This document shows, piece by piece, positions 25,265-37,809 of a stretch of DNA of 64,000 nt. The notes beneath the pieces were generated by a model. It saw only the letters and a list, made by a program, of their open reading frames with translations, had not been told where the DNA came from and did not search any database. Position numbers and translations under genes: made by a program. This DNA is from Octopus vulgaris (Eukaryota): NCBI GenBank assembly GCA_951406725.2, contig OX597816.1, positions 57,474,001 through 57,538,000 on the forward strand, given 5' to 3'. Each line of letters starts with the position of its first letter. Within the stretch, counting starts at the first letter, position 1.

Positions 25265-25870
25265 TTATTATCATTCAGCAGCCTTATTTATATCACGTGC
25301 TTTCACTGCACTACCGAGTGCAGCCCTGTGTGCCTTCGGTATGAGCTGTAGTTTGTTGTGATGCTCTTATTCTCACTCTATTGAAAGTGTTTTACGTAGG
25401 ACGTGTTCGGTGCCAAGTGGTGCTATTTTCTGTATGTTATATTTACTTGTTAGTCCTGGTAGTTTTCGTATGTATTTGTCTGATTGTTTTTTATCATACC
25501 TAATGCACCTATTATGATAAGAATTGTTTCTGTTTTTAGACTCCACGTTCAAGGTACCTCTATTTCCAAGTCTTAGCATTTTGAAAATTTCTCCATGTCT
25601 CTTAGAGAAACGTTGTCATCTGTTGGTATTGATATATCGATTAAAAAGCATATTTTTTTTCTTGGTGATCTCTGACAACTATATCCGGACTATTGGCCTT
25701 AATTTCTCTATCTGTGTGTACTGGCATATCCCATAGTATGGTTGCTTTCTCATTTTCTGCGACCTTTTCTGGCGTGTGCCTATACCATCTTTTTTCTGTT
25801 GTTATTCCATAGCATTGACATAGCTTTCAGTGTATATAGGTTCTAACTCTCTTGTGTCTGTGAATATATT
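25265..25870 (-). mobile_element. R4/Dong-like non-LTR remnant
   Basis: ILWDMPVHTDREIKANSPDIVVRD..IQKIAPLGTEHVLRKTLSI; a related shorter remnant lies at about 32240-32540. Confidence 0.65.
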
Positions 25871-26579
25871 CACCAAAGAAGAAAATTAAAAACATAAATC
25901 TAAAAATATTGGATAAAAACTAAATCAAACCAAATTTAAATAAATTTAAAATATATAAATGAAGAAGGTAAAATGAGAAAATGAGAAAGCTGCTGACAAT
26001 GTCAAAAGTTTTATAAAACCTTTGTATTTCAAGCGCAAAGGCCCATCATCATCATCATTGTTTAACATCCACTTTCCATGCTGGTATGGGTTGGACGGTT
26101 TGACTAGGGACTGGCAAGCCAGGAGGCTGCACCAGGCTCCAATCTGATCTGGCTGTGTTTCTACAGCTGGATGCCCTTCCTAACACCAACCACTCCGAGA
26201 GTGTAATGGGTGTTTTTTATGTTCCACTGGCAAGGGTGCCAGTCAGGAGGTACTAGCATCGGCCACGTTCAGATGGTGCTTTCTACATGCCACCGGCACA
26301 GAAGCCAATCAGGCTGGCACATCGACCACATTTGGATGGTGCTTTTTATGGGGAGCCAGTCAGGTGTCACTGGCAACGACCCATGCATGAAAGGTGCTTA
26401 AAAGAATTTGTGAAATGTCCAGTTATGCCGCTTCTGTTAACCCATTTAAATCCCTTAGGGAATTTGCACCTCTGAACCTGAAATATAATATTATTACAAA
26501 ACTTTCTACATTGTCAGAGGCTTTCTATACTCTCTTTTTACCGTCTTCAAGATTACAATACTTCAAGCAAACTACAACA

Positions 26580-26939
26580 TCTCTATATTTATAAATAGCA
26601 AAATGTCTGTGTGTTTGTGTGTGCTTTATACAAATCAACAATTTTTCAGTTAGAGGGCTCACACTTTCTATGGTTATTCAAAACCATCCAAGGGTGGTCG
26701 TGCACATCTTTACATTTCCCCAGTTACCCCGCAAAGCCATTAAAAATTCAATAGAAGTGACTTTTTTGTGAATTTTCTATCCAAAACCCAATCAAAATGC
26801 CCGAAACTTGATACGTCAATTGAATGCCAGCTAGCTGTATATGATTGGTCAGAGATTTGGACAGTGTATGTACGTACGCACGCAGCTGTATATGCATTCA
26901 CTAGCACTGTGACCCGGCAACGCCAGGTCATAGTGCTAG
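26580..26939 (+). mobile_element. Non-autonomous Helitron
   Basis: A|TC start, terminal hairpin ACTAGCACTGTGACC..GGTCATAGTGCTAGT, CTAG|T end. Confidence 0.7.
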
Positions 26940-28833
26940 TTCTTATATAAATGTTTGGACTTGTTATTTTTTTTAATATTTAAAACCAATTCTCTGTCTC
27001 TGTTTTGTCTTAAGGCATCTCTTTTTGGTTTAGTTCCAGCTTCTTTGAAGTAATTTACAGATGTTACTGTACTTGGTTCTGTGTTTTGAATAAATTAACA
27101 CAAAAAATAGTTTAGATAATTTGTAGAACCATAGATAAAATGGTTTGTTGGATTTACCTATAACTTATCTTCAGTTACTATTCAAAGTTTAGTCGTTTAT
27201 CCTTCTTGGGTCAACATATTAAGGTACCTATCATATACTAAGGTCATTTAAACCAGTTAAACTCCTCCACCTACTTCCTAAAAATGTTACCTTGTGCCCA
27301 GCTAACAAATTATCATCATTGGATGGTTAAATAAGCTGTGGAAGCAATCAGACAGACGGACACAAAGTTCTTGTCTCTTAGTGTTATGTTTTAAACAACC
27401 TAAACAATGAAATGTCTTCAAAGGCATAATCGATATCTTTAATAGAGTAAAACGTTATTAGAAAGATCAATAAAATTATGTATTCCCAACACAAATAAGG
27501 ACTCTCGTTAATTATTATTATTTGAAGACAATATCGGCAGCAGTATTTAATCTCTTTTGGGTTCTTATTTTAAAAGACTCTGCCTTCTATTTTTCTCGTC
27601 CATAATTAATGAACTCGAGTAATACATTACAATGCCGCATTTTTTCTTTCACCTATAATCTCGTTTTTAAAGCCTTTTCCGCTAAAAAAAAAAAAAAAAA
27701 GAGTAATCTCCCTTGATATTTAAGATCAGGCGAAGGGAGATAATTAAAAGCCAACAATTGCAGCGTGGAAGGTGTTTAGAAGCCATTTAAAAACCTCACA
27801 AAAAAACGTTAGATTCACTTCAACATTTAAATTTAATTTGCCAAAATATTTTCGTCGCTTTGAGACTGCAACCTGTTCACTAACAAAATTCCGTGGTGCA
27901 TCAAAGGTTTTTGAAATTTAATATTTCGTAAAACTGTAATGGTGCTGAATGATTAAAAACAAAAGTTGTCAGAGGGAATGGTTTAATTCATCATCATCAT
28001 CATCGTTTAACGTCCGTTCTCCATGCTAGCATGGGTTGGATGGTTCCACCGGGGATCTGGGAAGCCAGAAGGCTGCACCAGGCTCCAGTCTTATGTGGCA
28101 ATGTTTCTACAGCTGGATGCCCTTCCTAACGCCAACCACTCTGTGAGTGTAGTGGGTGCTTTTTACGTGCCACCTGCACAGGTGCTAGGCGAGGTTGGCA
28201 ATGGCCACGGTAGGATTGGTGCATTTTACGTGCCACCGGCACGGTAGCCAGTCGAGGCGGCGCTGGCATTGGCCACGATTCGGATAGTGCTTTTTACGTA
28301 CCACCAGTCCTGGGGTCCCGTCTTCTGCCGGGTGCCAGTCATAGGATTGGTTCAATTTCGATTCCGATTTCGATTTAATTTTTCAAAATCCGTTCTGGCT
28401 ACGTTTATTTTTTTTTTTTTTACCTCAGACGGATCCAACCACTACCCATAATGTAGTACTAGTTGTGGAGGAGGAGGAGAGGGTGGCAATATTTCTGCCG
28501 AAAAACAAAGAATCCCAATGACAGACATTGTACATGACAGGAAACAGCACCAGGTGGATGTTAGGTCTTTTGTTCCCCTTGGTTGCAAGTTCAAATCCCT
28601 CTGCAGGCAGATACATGTTAATGACATCCATCAAATACCATTCTGCAATTTAGTTAAAAACAACCACCAACTATTTAAGAGCAGTGTGGAATTTTAAATG
28701 TTTTATTCATAAGTTTCATATATCATCATTATTTGACTTTCATTTTTCCATGCTGGCATGGGTTGGACAGTTTGACCAGAGCTTGTAAGCTAGTGAGTGG
28801 CACCAGGTTCAGTTCAATTTGTCTTAGCTTCTA

Positions 28834-29211
28834 TGGATGGGTGAGTCACAAAGTAATGCCATTTTGTTTAGGACAGGTGTAATTACCAACACAGGAACAT
28901 GTATCATACATCAAAATGAAGCTGGTCCTCTGTGGATCACCTCTCTACTTCTCAACATAGTCACCATTTCTCTCAATAGCAAGGTTCCACCTTCGAATGA
29001 GAGCATGTATCCCTGCCCCGTAAAATTCTGTTGACTGTTCTTTGAGTCACTTCTTCACTACAGTTTTCACTTCCTAGTCACTGGAATAATTTAGCACCTT
29101 CAGATTATCATCTCTTCGGCCCCATGAAAGAGGTTTTGAGAGGCAAACATTATTCCAGTGACGAGGAAGGGAAAAACTATAGTGAAGAAGTGGCTCAAAG
29201 AACAGTCAACA

Positions 29212-29215
<4 letters not shown>
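28834..29215. mobile_element. Mariner transposon-derived rearranged fragment
   Basis: + strand LAPSDYHLFGPMKEVLRGKHYSSDEE (YSPDLAPSD motif); - strand EQSTEFYGAGIHALIRRWNLAIERNGDYVEK* followed by terminus and TA. Confidence 0.8.
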
Positions 29216-29248
<33 letters not shown>

Positions 29249-29289
29249 CACACACACACACAAGAGTTACAGAATGGAGTAGGTAAGAT

Positions 29290-29379
29290 CTGAGCTACAT
29301 ATGTTTCATAGCGAGCGGAATCTTGGAAATGGTAAATATGCAAGCGAAGTGTATACCGCAGGCTACTCTTCAGGCCAAG
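29290..29379 (-). ncRNA. Hammerhead motif with extended helix II, family 7
   Basis: UUGGC-CUGAAGA-GUAGC..GCGG(long loop)CCGC..GCUAU-GAAA-CAUAUG-UA-GCUCAG. Confidence 0.6.
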
Positions 29380-29559
29380 GGTATCTTGATTAAATTAAAG
29401 ATTATATTGTCGCAAGGAGGTACGTGTTGACACATGGACGATTCAGTCATAATGTGTAGAGAGCAGAGAAGGAGAGGAGAATATAAATGTAGGGAGAAAT
29501 CAGGATTAAAAGAAGAAACAAAAAGAAAATATATTATTTTGGTTTGGTTTAGGTTTGGT

Positions 29560-30745
29560 CTTATTCCTGACAGGATTTATGTGGGTAGCAGGTTATTACC
29601 TGTAACCTTAGGCATCCAGAAGTTTCAGCAGTCTTCTGAGTGCTTAGAATTCTCCTGATAATCCTTGCTGTCCCTAAGAGACAAACTTTCTGTAGAAGCT
29701 CTGCTATTCCGATCTCCCTCAGCCGTTTGTCTTTATGTTTGCTTATTGTTTTCAACACACCAATTATCATAGACACAATCTTTACTGTTCTCATACTTCA
29801 AATTCTTCCAATTTCAAATTTTAAGGGATTGTATCTATTTTTTCTTCTTCTTTCTTTACAATCCTGGAATCAAACAGACATGTTGGGTTAATTAGTAAGC
29901 AACTTCACTTTTCTTAATCTATAATCGTTATGCCTGGTCTTTTATTTGCTTGTCTGTTTGAATAAGAAAGTCCCACAAAATCTTACATTTCTCCGACTCC
30001 AGTGCTCTTTCAATTTGATGATTGTACCAGGTTTCCAGCTTCAAATCCCCATTTTTGGCAAAATTTTCAGTGTAAAACTTTTACACCCTGATCGTGCTTC
30101 CATTTCTTATATTCTTCCTGTGACAACTTTGAGCATTCTGCCACAATGTGTTGCATTGTCTTGCTCCAAGTTCCACAGGCTCTACATTTTTATGACATAT
30201 ATTTTTTGTCTCAAGTTGTTTGTTTTTATTGCTTGATCTTGGGCTGCTACAATTAGGCTCTCTGTTTCTGTTTTTAATTGCTCCTTTTTTAACCAAGCCC
30301 AGGATTTTGTTTCACATGTCTTTAAGTGGATCTCCAAAATTGGCCATGCAGAGGTTTCTCTTCAATGTCTGGTATGCTCTCTTTGTATTTCATTTTTGTC
30401 CTTTTCTCTTATTACATGCTTCATTGCCTGTTCTGTATTAACTGCTTTTAGTAGTTTTTTGTGCTTTTTCTTGCCATCTAATCCACTTCTTTCTACCACT
30501 ATTAAGCCCCTTCCATCCTGGTCTCTCCTCAAATACAGTCAGTTGATATCAGCTTTCGGATGTTGGACTCCATACATCGTCAGAAACTCCCTAATTTTTC
30601 TGTCAAGTTTCTTTACATCATTTTTGGTCCAATCTATAATTCCAATTACATATCTGATTAAGGGTATTGCTCTTGAATTTATTGCTTCAATAAGATTTTT
30701 GGGATTCAGCTTTGACTACAATTGTCTTATCCTCTTTGTGAACTC
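29560..30745 (-). mobile_element. R4/Dong-like non-LTR remnant
   Basis: IIGVLKTISK..LLQKVCLLGTARIIRRIL C-terminus plus decayed upstream RT-distal sequence. Confidence 0.65.
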
Positions 30746-30787
30746 TCTACTGGTAATTATTAATGTTATTATTATTTTTATCATTAT

Positions 30788-31344
30788 TGAGTGAGAGAGC
30801 AGTGCATGCCATCAAAGTGACACTGGGGTAAAATAATACAAGCCCAGTTTACCCATCATGACTACCCGTCTGATAACGGTACACTAGGCACATGCATCAC
30901 CACCATATGTGCGCAACATGGTGATCTCATATCAAGATAAACAGCACATGACCTTGCAGGTGGGGCCCAGTTAGAATTTTCTTTTGGTCGAATAACCCAT
31001 CCCGCTCAAAAGGTCCCTGAATAAGGATTGTTTAAGGATGTTGAACGAAACGCACATGTTTCAAGAGGTGAAATATTCAAACCCCAAAGAATCCCTCTCA
31101 ACACATGGCTATGATGCTCCCCTACTACTTCTGTTTGTGATCAGAGATGCACATATCGTCAGCCACTAAGGGACATGCTCAACTGGTTACGGTGAAACAA
31201 CTAACAAGCAAATCTGTGGTATTGAGCTGAATATTTGCTGTAGCCCATCTTTTATACCAAGACAAAACAATGTACATGATAAAACTTCCAATCAGTTAAG
31301 ACAGAAGCCATGAGAGCCACTGCCTGGTACTGCATCAAGGCATT
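30788..31344 (-). mobile_element. (AAT)n-embedded retroposon copy 3
   Basis: Direct repeat of 17750-18308. Confidence 0.8.
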
Positions 31345-31701
31345 TTATTATTATTATTTTTATTATTATTATTAAGGTGGTGAGCTGGCAGAATCGTTTG
31401 TAAACTGAGAAAAATACTTAGTGACATTTCATCGATCTTAAAGTTCTGAGCTCAAATTCTGCAGGGGTCAACTTTACCTTTCATCCTTTTGGAGTCGATA
31501 AAATAAATACCAGTTGAACACAGGGGTCAATGTAATCGACTTACCCCCTCCCCCGATCTTGCTGGCCTTGTGCCAAAATTGGAAATCATTATTTTTATTT
31601 TACTTTTACTTTTTTTTTTTTTTTTTTTTTTTTCAAAATTTGCTGCATTCCAAATTGTTGCTCAAACATGTCTGTAATCCATGTTTGCTATTTATTATTA
31701 G

Positions 31702-31830
31702 TCTGCACTGCTGGGTTCTTTGGAATTGGTTGCCAACAACGCTGCCGGTGTCTAAATGAAGGGGATTGCAACCCTATCAATGGTTCCTGTAACTGCAAAA
31801 GTGGTTGGATGGGAAAATCTTGTGAAAAAC
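31702..31830 (+). CDS. MEGF6: MEGF6-like exon 9 (129 nt)
   Basis: ttattattag|TC TGC ACT...AAA C|gtgagt; CTAGFFGIGCQQRCRCLNEGDCNPINGSCNCKSGWMGKSCEK. Confidence 0.88.
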
Positions 31831-31905
31831 GTGAGTTTGTTTGATTTCCATTCAAGAAATTGTTTTACCATGAATCTCATTGCCAAAGTGTTATACTGTC
31901 ATTAA

Positions 31906-31937
<32 letters not shown>

Positions 31938-32206
31938 ACCCTTGTGGCAAATAAATGAAATCATCAGCATCATCGTCATCATCATTATTATTAAGGTGGC
32001 GAATTGGCAGAACCATTAGCATGCTGGACGAATTGCATAGCAGCATTTTGCCCATCGCTATGTTCTGAGTTCAAATTCCACCAAGGTTGACTTCGCTTTC
32101 CATCCTTTCAGGGTTGATTAAATAAGTACCAGTGAAACATTGAGGTTGATGTAATCAACTAGTCCCCTCCCCCAAAATTTCAGGCCTTGTGCCTATAATA
32201 GAAAGG

Positions 32207-32243
<37 letters not shown>

Positions 32244-32594
32244 TATGTTTGACTTTTGCTTTACATTTGTACAAGTTGGTTCCAAGTCTCACCCAGAGAC
32301 CTCAAGAGACAAGTTGGAAGTTCATGTTGGTGTTATGCCTAGGGTGCCATATATTTGGTTTTGTACTTAGTGTTGTACTAGTGAATGTTTAAGAAACCAT
32401 AAGAAAATTATGTTTGTTTTAAAACTTGAGATTACATAGAAAGTATTTTGCGTTGGATATGAGCAGTTCCCATGAGCACTAGCTTTTGAATTTCTGACAT
32501 TTTGAGGTTTCCTGGTATCTGAGCTAGGTAGCAATCAGCCCATTATTATTATTATTATTATTATTATTATCATCATTATTATTATTATTACTGC

Positions 32595-32976
32595 CTTTGC
32601 ACAGCTTCTAACACTGGAGATATACTACAGTGTCAGCTGTTCACTACCAGTGAACCCCTCTTATTTTTCGAGCACCTTCCGGAGTATTCGAGCGGTTCCA
32701 AGCAGTGCTGTTTTCTGCAAATGCTCCACCCTTATTGCAGCTCTTATTTGTTCCACGTAGTTCCCAAGATTTTCACTCACTGTTCCCAGGGGTCTGACAC
32801 TTATTGGTACTACTACCACCTTTTTCATCGACCACAACTGCTCAACTTCCCAAGCTAACCTGTCATATCTCTCGACTTTTTTTTCTTCCTTATTGCATAC
32901 CATGTTATCAGCTGAGCATGTTATATCTATGATCCAGCATAGTTTGTTTTCTTTCTCTATTAAGACTATGTCCGGC

Positions 32977-32977
<1 letters not shown>
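32595..32977 (-). mobile_element. R4/Dong-like non-LTR element, restriction-like endonuclease remnant
   Basis: KPDIVLIEKENKLCWIIDITC..EEKKVERYDRL..VVPI..LGTV..LQKTALLGTARILRKVL; flanked by (ATT)n. Confidence 0.75.
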
Positions 32978-33047
<70 letters not shown>

Positions 33048-33215
33048 CATTATCTTTATTATTATTATTATTATTTTTATCCTGCCAAGGTTAACTTTGC
33101 CTTTCATCCTTTCGGGGTCGATAAATTAAGTACCAGTGAAACACTGAGGTTGGGTCTGTAATTGACTTATCCCCTCCTCCAACATAGCTGCTCTTGTGGT
33201 GAAATTTGAAACCAC

Positions 33216-33268
33216 CATCATCATCATCATCATCATCATCATTGTTGTTGTTGTTGTTGCTGTTGTTG

Positions 33269-33323
<55 letters not shown>
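33216..33323. repeat. (ATC)(GTT)(ATT) compound microsatellite abutting the exon 10 acceptor
   Basis: Direct reading. Confidence 0.95.
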
Positions 33324-33328
33324 GAAAG

Positions 33329-33457
33329 GATGTCCCAGAAACACGTACGGACGCAACTGTGAACAGCTTTGTCGCTGTGCCAATGGTGGAGACTGTGATC
33401 CAGAAACAGGGGAATGTAGTTGTGACGATGGTTACACTGGAAGATTCTGTGAAAACA
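33329..33457 (+). CDS. MEGF6: MEGF6-like exon 10 (129 nt)
   Basis: (att)n-atgaaag|GA TGT CCC...AAC A|gtaagt; [42 protein letters not shown]; atypical acceptor. Confidence 0.85.
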
Positions 33458-33469
33458 GTAAGTTTTTCT

Positions 33470-34226
33470 GTCTTCCTCACACACCTCACCCTTATCCCAT
33501 ACCCCTCCACTACATACCTCACCTCTAACCCCACCCTCTAGCTACCCACAACCCCCACTCTACCCCAACCCCCAGCTGAACCCACACCCCACCTGTGCTT
33601 TCCCCACTCTTGCCTCCCCCACCTCCCCACAACATCACACCACACTACACCATACAACATTACACATCACAACACACCACCCACAGCACACCACCCACAC
33701 ACTCATACCCACATCTTTACACCTACACATACATACACATATCACATCACAGCACACCACCCACACACCTATCCCCACATCTTTACACCTACACATACAT
33801 ACACATATCACATCACAACACACCCACCCACACACCCATCCCCACATCGCCACACCCACACATACATACAGGCACACATCCAGACCACCAGCCCTCTTTC
33901 ACACGCACATACATGCTCTCTTATACACACACGCACCTTTGAGTTGGGGGCACCTTCGTATTGGAAGTCACTTGACCCTGTTATCTCCCCTACTGTCCCT
34001 CTCGCATCTGACCACTGTCCGAAGTCAGGACGCCATGATAGATCGTTAGCTCCTACGCACATTTTTTTCTCTCCTTGCTTTTTTTCTGTGTATCTTTCTG
34101 TCGAAGAGCATAGGCTCGAAACGTAAAAGACTTGTTCTATTTCTATTCCTGAGCGCCATACTAATACATTTGTTTGTTTGTACTCCATCTGCCTTCGTCT
34201 TTTGTTTATTTTCGTAAACTTTCCCG

Positions 34227-34315
<89 letters not shown>

Positions 34316-34632
34316 AATGTGTATATATATATATGTGTGTATATATATGTGTGTGTGTATATATGTATATATGTGTGTGTGTGTGTGTGTATATATATTT
34401 ATGTATATATATATGTGTGTGTATGTGTATATATATTTATGTATGTATGTATATATATATATATGTGTGTGTGTGTGTATATATGTATGTGTATATATAT
34501 GTATCGAAGAGCGTAGGCTCGAAACGTAAAAGACTTGTTCTATTTCTATTCCTGAGCGCTATACTAATACATTTGTTTGTTTGTACTCCACCTTCCTTCG
34601 TCTTTTGTTTATTTTCGTAAACCTTCCCGTTA
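33470..34632 (+). mobile_element. Putative Penelope-like element terminal region with partial tandem repeat
   Basis: C/A-rich low-complexity tract, repeat unit shared with 612-815 (-), hammerhead motif, and direct repeat 34101-34228 / 34504-34632 separated by (TA/TG)n; no RT or GIY-YIG ORF visible. Confidence 0.5.
34093..34130 (+). ncRNA. Minimal hammerhead-like motif, family 2
   Basis: UCUUU-CUGUCGA-A-GAGC(auag)GCUC-GAAA-CG-UA-AAAGA; truncated tandem copy at 34504-34533. Confidence 0.6.
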
Positions 34633-34639
34633 TATATAT

Positions 34640-34679
<40 letters not shown>

Positions 34680-35238
34680 TGTGTGTGTGTGTGTGTCATG
34701 TGGGCATGTATGTATATCTATTCTACAGACATGATACGAAAAACTTCTCTCTCTCTTCTCTCTGACTCTTTCTCATCTTCTCTTCCTTTCTCTCTGTCTT
34801 TCTCTCTCTTCCTTGCTATCTCTCTATCCATTCATCCATCTGCCTCACTCTCCCATTTGTTCTCTCTATTTTTTCTATATTTTTCTCCTTTCTTCTCTCT
34901 CTCTTTCTCTCCCCCACACATTTCTTTCTCCTTCTCCCTCCCATCTTCCCTCCCCATCATTTCTATCTCCAAGCAGCTTGTGTTTGCGCATGTGTGTGCA
35001 TATGTGTGCATGCGCATGGGTGTGCACATGTGTGTGTGCACATGTGTGTGTGCGCATGTGTGTGTGTGTGCACACGTGTGTGTGTGTGTGTGTGTGTGTG
35101 TACATACACCCACAAATGTGGGAGAAGAAGGATTAAATGATATGAGGAAGGGAGAAAGGAAGAGGTACAAATGATTTGGAGTGAGAGGGAATTGTATGAG
35201 GGAAGCAAAGGATACAAGAAATAGTAAGAATTTTATCT

Positions 35239-35637
35239 AAGGTGGCACGCTGGCAGAATCAATGACACGCCAGTCAAAATGCTTAGCAGTATTCCGTCTG
35301 CTGTTATGTTCTGAGTTCAAATTCCACTGAGGTCAACTTTGCCTTTCGTCCTTTTGGGGTCAATTAAATAAGTACCAGTTATGCACTGGTGTCGATATAA
35401 TCGATTTAATCCGTTTGTCTGTCCTTGTTTGTCCTCTTTGTGTTTAGCCCCTTGTGAGTAGTAAAGAAACAGTTATTTCGTCTGCCGCTACGTTCTGAGT
35501 TCAAATTCTGCCGAGGTCAACTTTGCCTTTCATCATTTTGGGGTGGATAAAATAAGTACCAGTTACGCACTTGGGTTGATGTAAATGACTTACTCCCTCC
35601 CCCAGACTTACTCCTCCCTTGCACCAGAATTGGAAAC
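35239..35637 (+). mobile_element. SINE family B, tandem dimer
   Basis: Full unit followed by a 5'-truncated unit starting about 35472. Confidence 0.75.
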
Positions 35638-35668
35638 TAGTAACTTGTAATCATTTATTTTCTTTCAG

Positions 35669-35797
35669 AATGTTCAAGAGGTTTCTTTGGGAAAAATTGT
35701 GAAAATAAATGTAAATGCAAGAACAATGCCAGCTGCCAACATACGACGGGTCGTTGTTTGTGTACGACAGGATGGAGGGGAAGACACTGTGATAAAG
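35669..35797 (+). CDS. MEGF6: MEGF6-like exon 11 (129 nt)
   Basis: ctttcag|AA TGT TCA...AAA G|gtaagt; CSRGFFGKNCENKCKCKNNASCQHTTGRCLCTTGWRGRHCDK. Confidence 0.9.
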
Positions 35798-35842
35798 GTA
35801 AGTCCCTCGATTACAATGCTTGCGAGCTGGCATAATTGCAAA

Positions 35843-36073
35843 GGGTGGCGAGCTGGCAGAATCATTAGCACACCGAGCGAAATGCGTAGCCATATTGCGT
35901 CTGCCGTTACGTTCTGAGTTCAAATTCCGCTGATCTCGACTTTGCCTTTCATCCTTTCGGGGTCGATAAATTAAGTACCAGTTATGCACTGGGGTCGATA
36001 TAATCGACTTAATTCATTTGTCTGTCCTTGTTTGTCCTCTCTGTGTTTAGCCCCTTGTGGGTAGTAAAGAAAT
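35843..36073 (+). mobile_element. SINE family B
   Basis: Full-length, low-divergence copy just after exon 11. Confidence 0.8.
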
Positions 36074-36584
36074 CGATTACAATACTTGCCATCCACCATT
36101 TCACTGATTTATTTAGCCATCTATCTAGTTATTTCTATATCTATTTATCCATCTCTATAAATTCATCAGTCTAACACACATGGACATGCCTCCTTCAAAG
36201 TCAGAAAACGGCACAGCTCCCATGACTTTCACAAACATTTTTTCACACTGAGTCAAGTACATCAACATCAACAGCAATATCAAAATCAAATCAAATGGAA
36301 ATTGTAGTTGTGAGCCTTCCTAACGCCAACCACTCCGAAGTGGTTGGCGTTAGGAAGGGCATCCAGCTGTAGAGATCCTGCCAGATCAGATTGGGGCCTA
36401 GTGCAGCCTCCTGGCTTCCCAGACACCAGCCGAATCATCCAACCCATGCCAGCATGGAAAATGGGCGTTAAACGATGATGATGATGATGATGACAACAAC
36501 GGCGGCGGCGGACATGCATGCATGCATGCATACGGACAGACAGATATACAGTAGGCATATGATACTGTGGTGTTAGTTTGCCAC

Positions 36585-36620
<36 letters not shown>

Positions 36621-36684
36621 GCTCACACATGCAAAAAAATTTATAAATATGTCTTATTTTTTCTTTTTCTGTTTTCCTCTGCAG

Positions 36685-36813
36685 TCTGTATTCCAGGGTT
36701 TTATGGTGAAGAATGTTCCAAAATGTGTAAATGCCGTAAAGGTGAACCTTGTGACCATATTACTGGCAAATGTAATTGTCCACCAGGGTATACAGGACAC
36801 GGCTGTCATCAAA
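36685..36813 (+). CDS. MEGF6: MEGF6-like exon 12 (129 nt)
   Basis: ctctgcag|TC TGT ATT...CAA A|gtaagt; CIPGFYGEECSKMCKCRKGEPCDHITGKCNCPPGYTGHGCHQ. Confidence 0.9.
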
Positions 36814-37680
36814 GTAAGTAAAACAATATTTATCAATTCTGCTTCAAATGGGGACATTTCTCTCATAAGTAAAATAGGGGTCTCAGTGGGACTACTTGAC
36901 CTGCATGAAATAGCAGCTATGTCACCCTCTCATATCACACCTTATTGTCTGTATGGCACCTTGGGCAAGTGTCTTCTATAGCCTCAGGCTGACTAAGGCC
37001 TTATAAGTGGGTTTCATAGATGGAAACTGAAAGCCTGTCATGTATGTGTGTGTGTCTGTGTTTACGTCCCCATAACTTAGCTGTTTGGTGAAAGAGACTG
37101 ATAGAATAATTACCAGGCTTTTAGAAAAAGTACCAGGGTCAATTTCTCTGACTAAAAATTCTTCATGGCCACAAAGAAAGAAGTAAAAAGACAATGCCAT
37201 CATGTACATGTGGCCCCAAACAACAGTACTAAACATGTCTAAATATACATCATGGTCCTACATGGGAGATACCATAACTAAACATTTATAAACCATTGTG
37301 CCACTGCCACATAAAAAAGCTCCAGGTGCACTCTGCTAGGTGGTGGCATTAGGAAGGGCATCCAATCATAGAAATTGTGCCAAAAGCGACAACTAGAGAC
37401 TCAGTAGCTCTCCAGCCATGCCATCTCCTGTCAAACCATCATGGAAACTAGACATTACATGATGATGATGATGATGATGAATATGGTTTACGCATGGTAG
37501 ATGACGGTATCTCTATTATCATTGAATCAACATCATTAGCTAAAGTTCCATTCTTTAATTGGTTAAACGAGAAGAAATGAGACAAAGTTTGTTGGTTGAG
37601 AAAAAAAAAACAATTTAATTAATTTAATCATAAATTATGAACTAATAATTTACCATTTCTTTAATCTTTTACTTTTGCAG

Positions 37681-37809
37681 CATGTCCACCACGCACCTAT
37701 GGTGCCGGGTGCAAGAAAAAATGCAACTGCGGTCGGAAGTCAGTCTGTGACCACGTTACTGGCAAATGTACCTGTAAATCTGGACGGAAAGGCAAAGATT
37801 GTAACCGAA
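37681..37809 (+). CDS. MEGF6: MEGF6-like exon 13 (129 nt)
   Basis: ttttgcag|CA TGT CCA...CGA A|gtaagt; CPPRTYGAGCKKKCNCGRKSVCDHVTGKCTCKSGRKGKDCNR. Confidence 0.9.
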
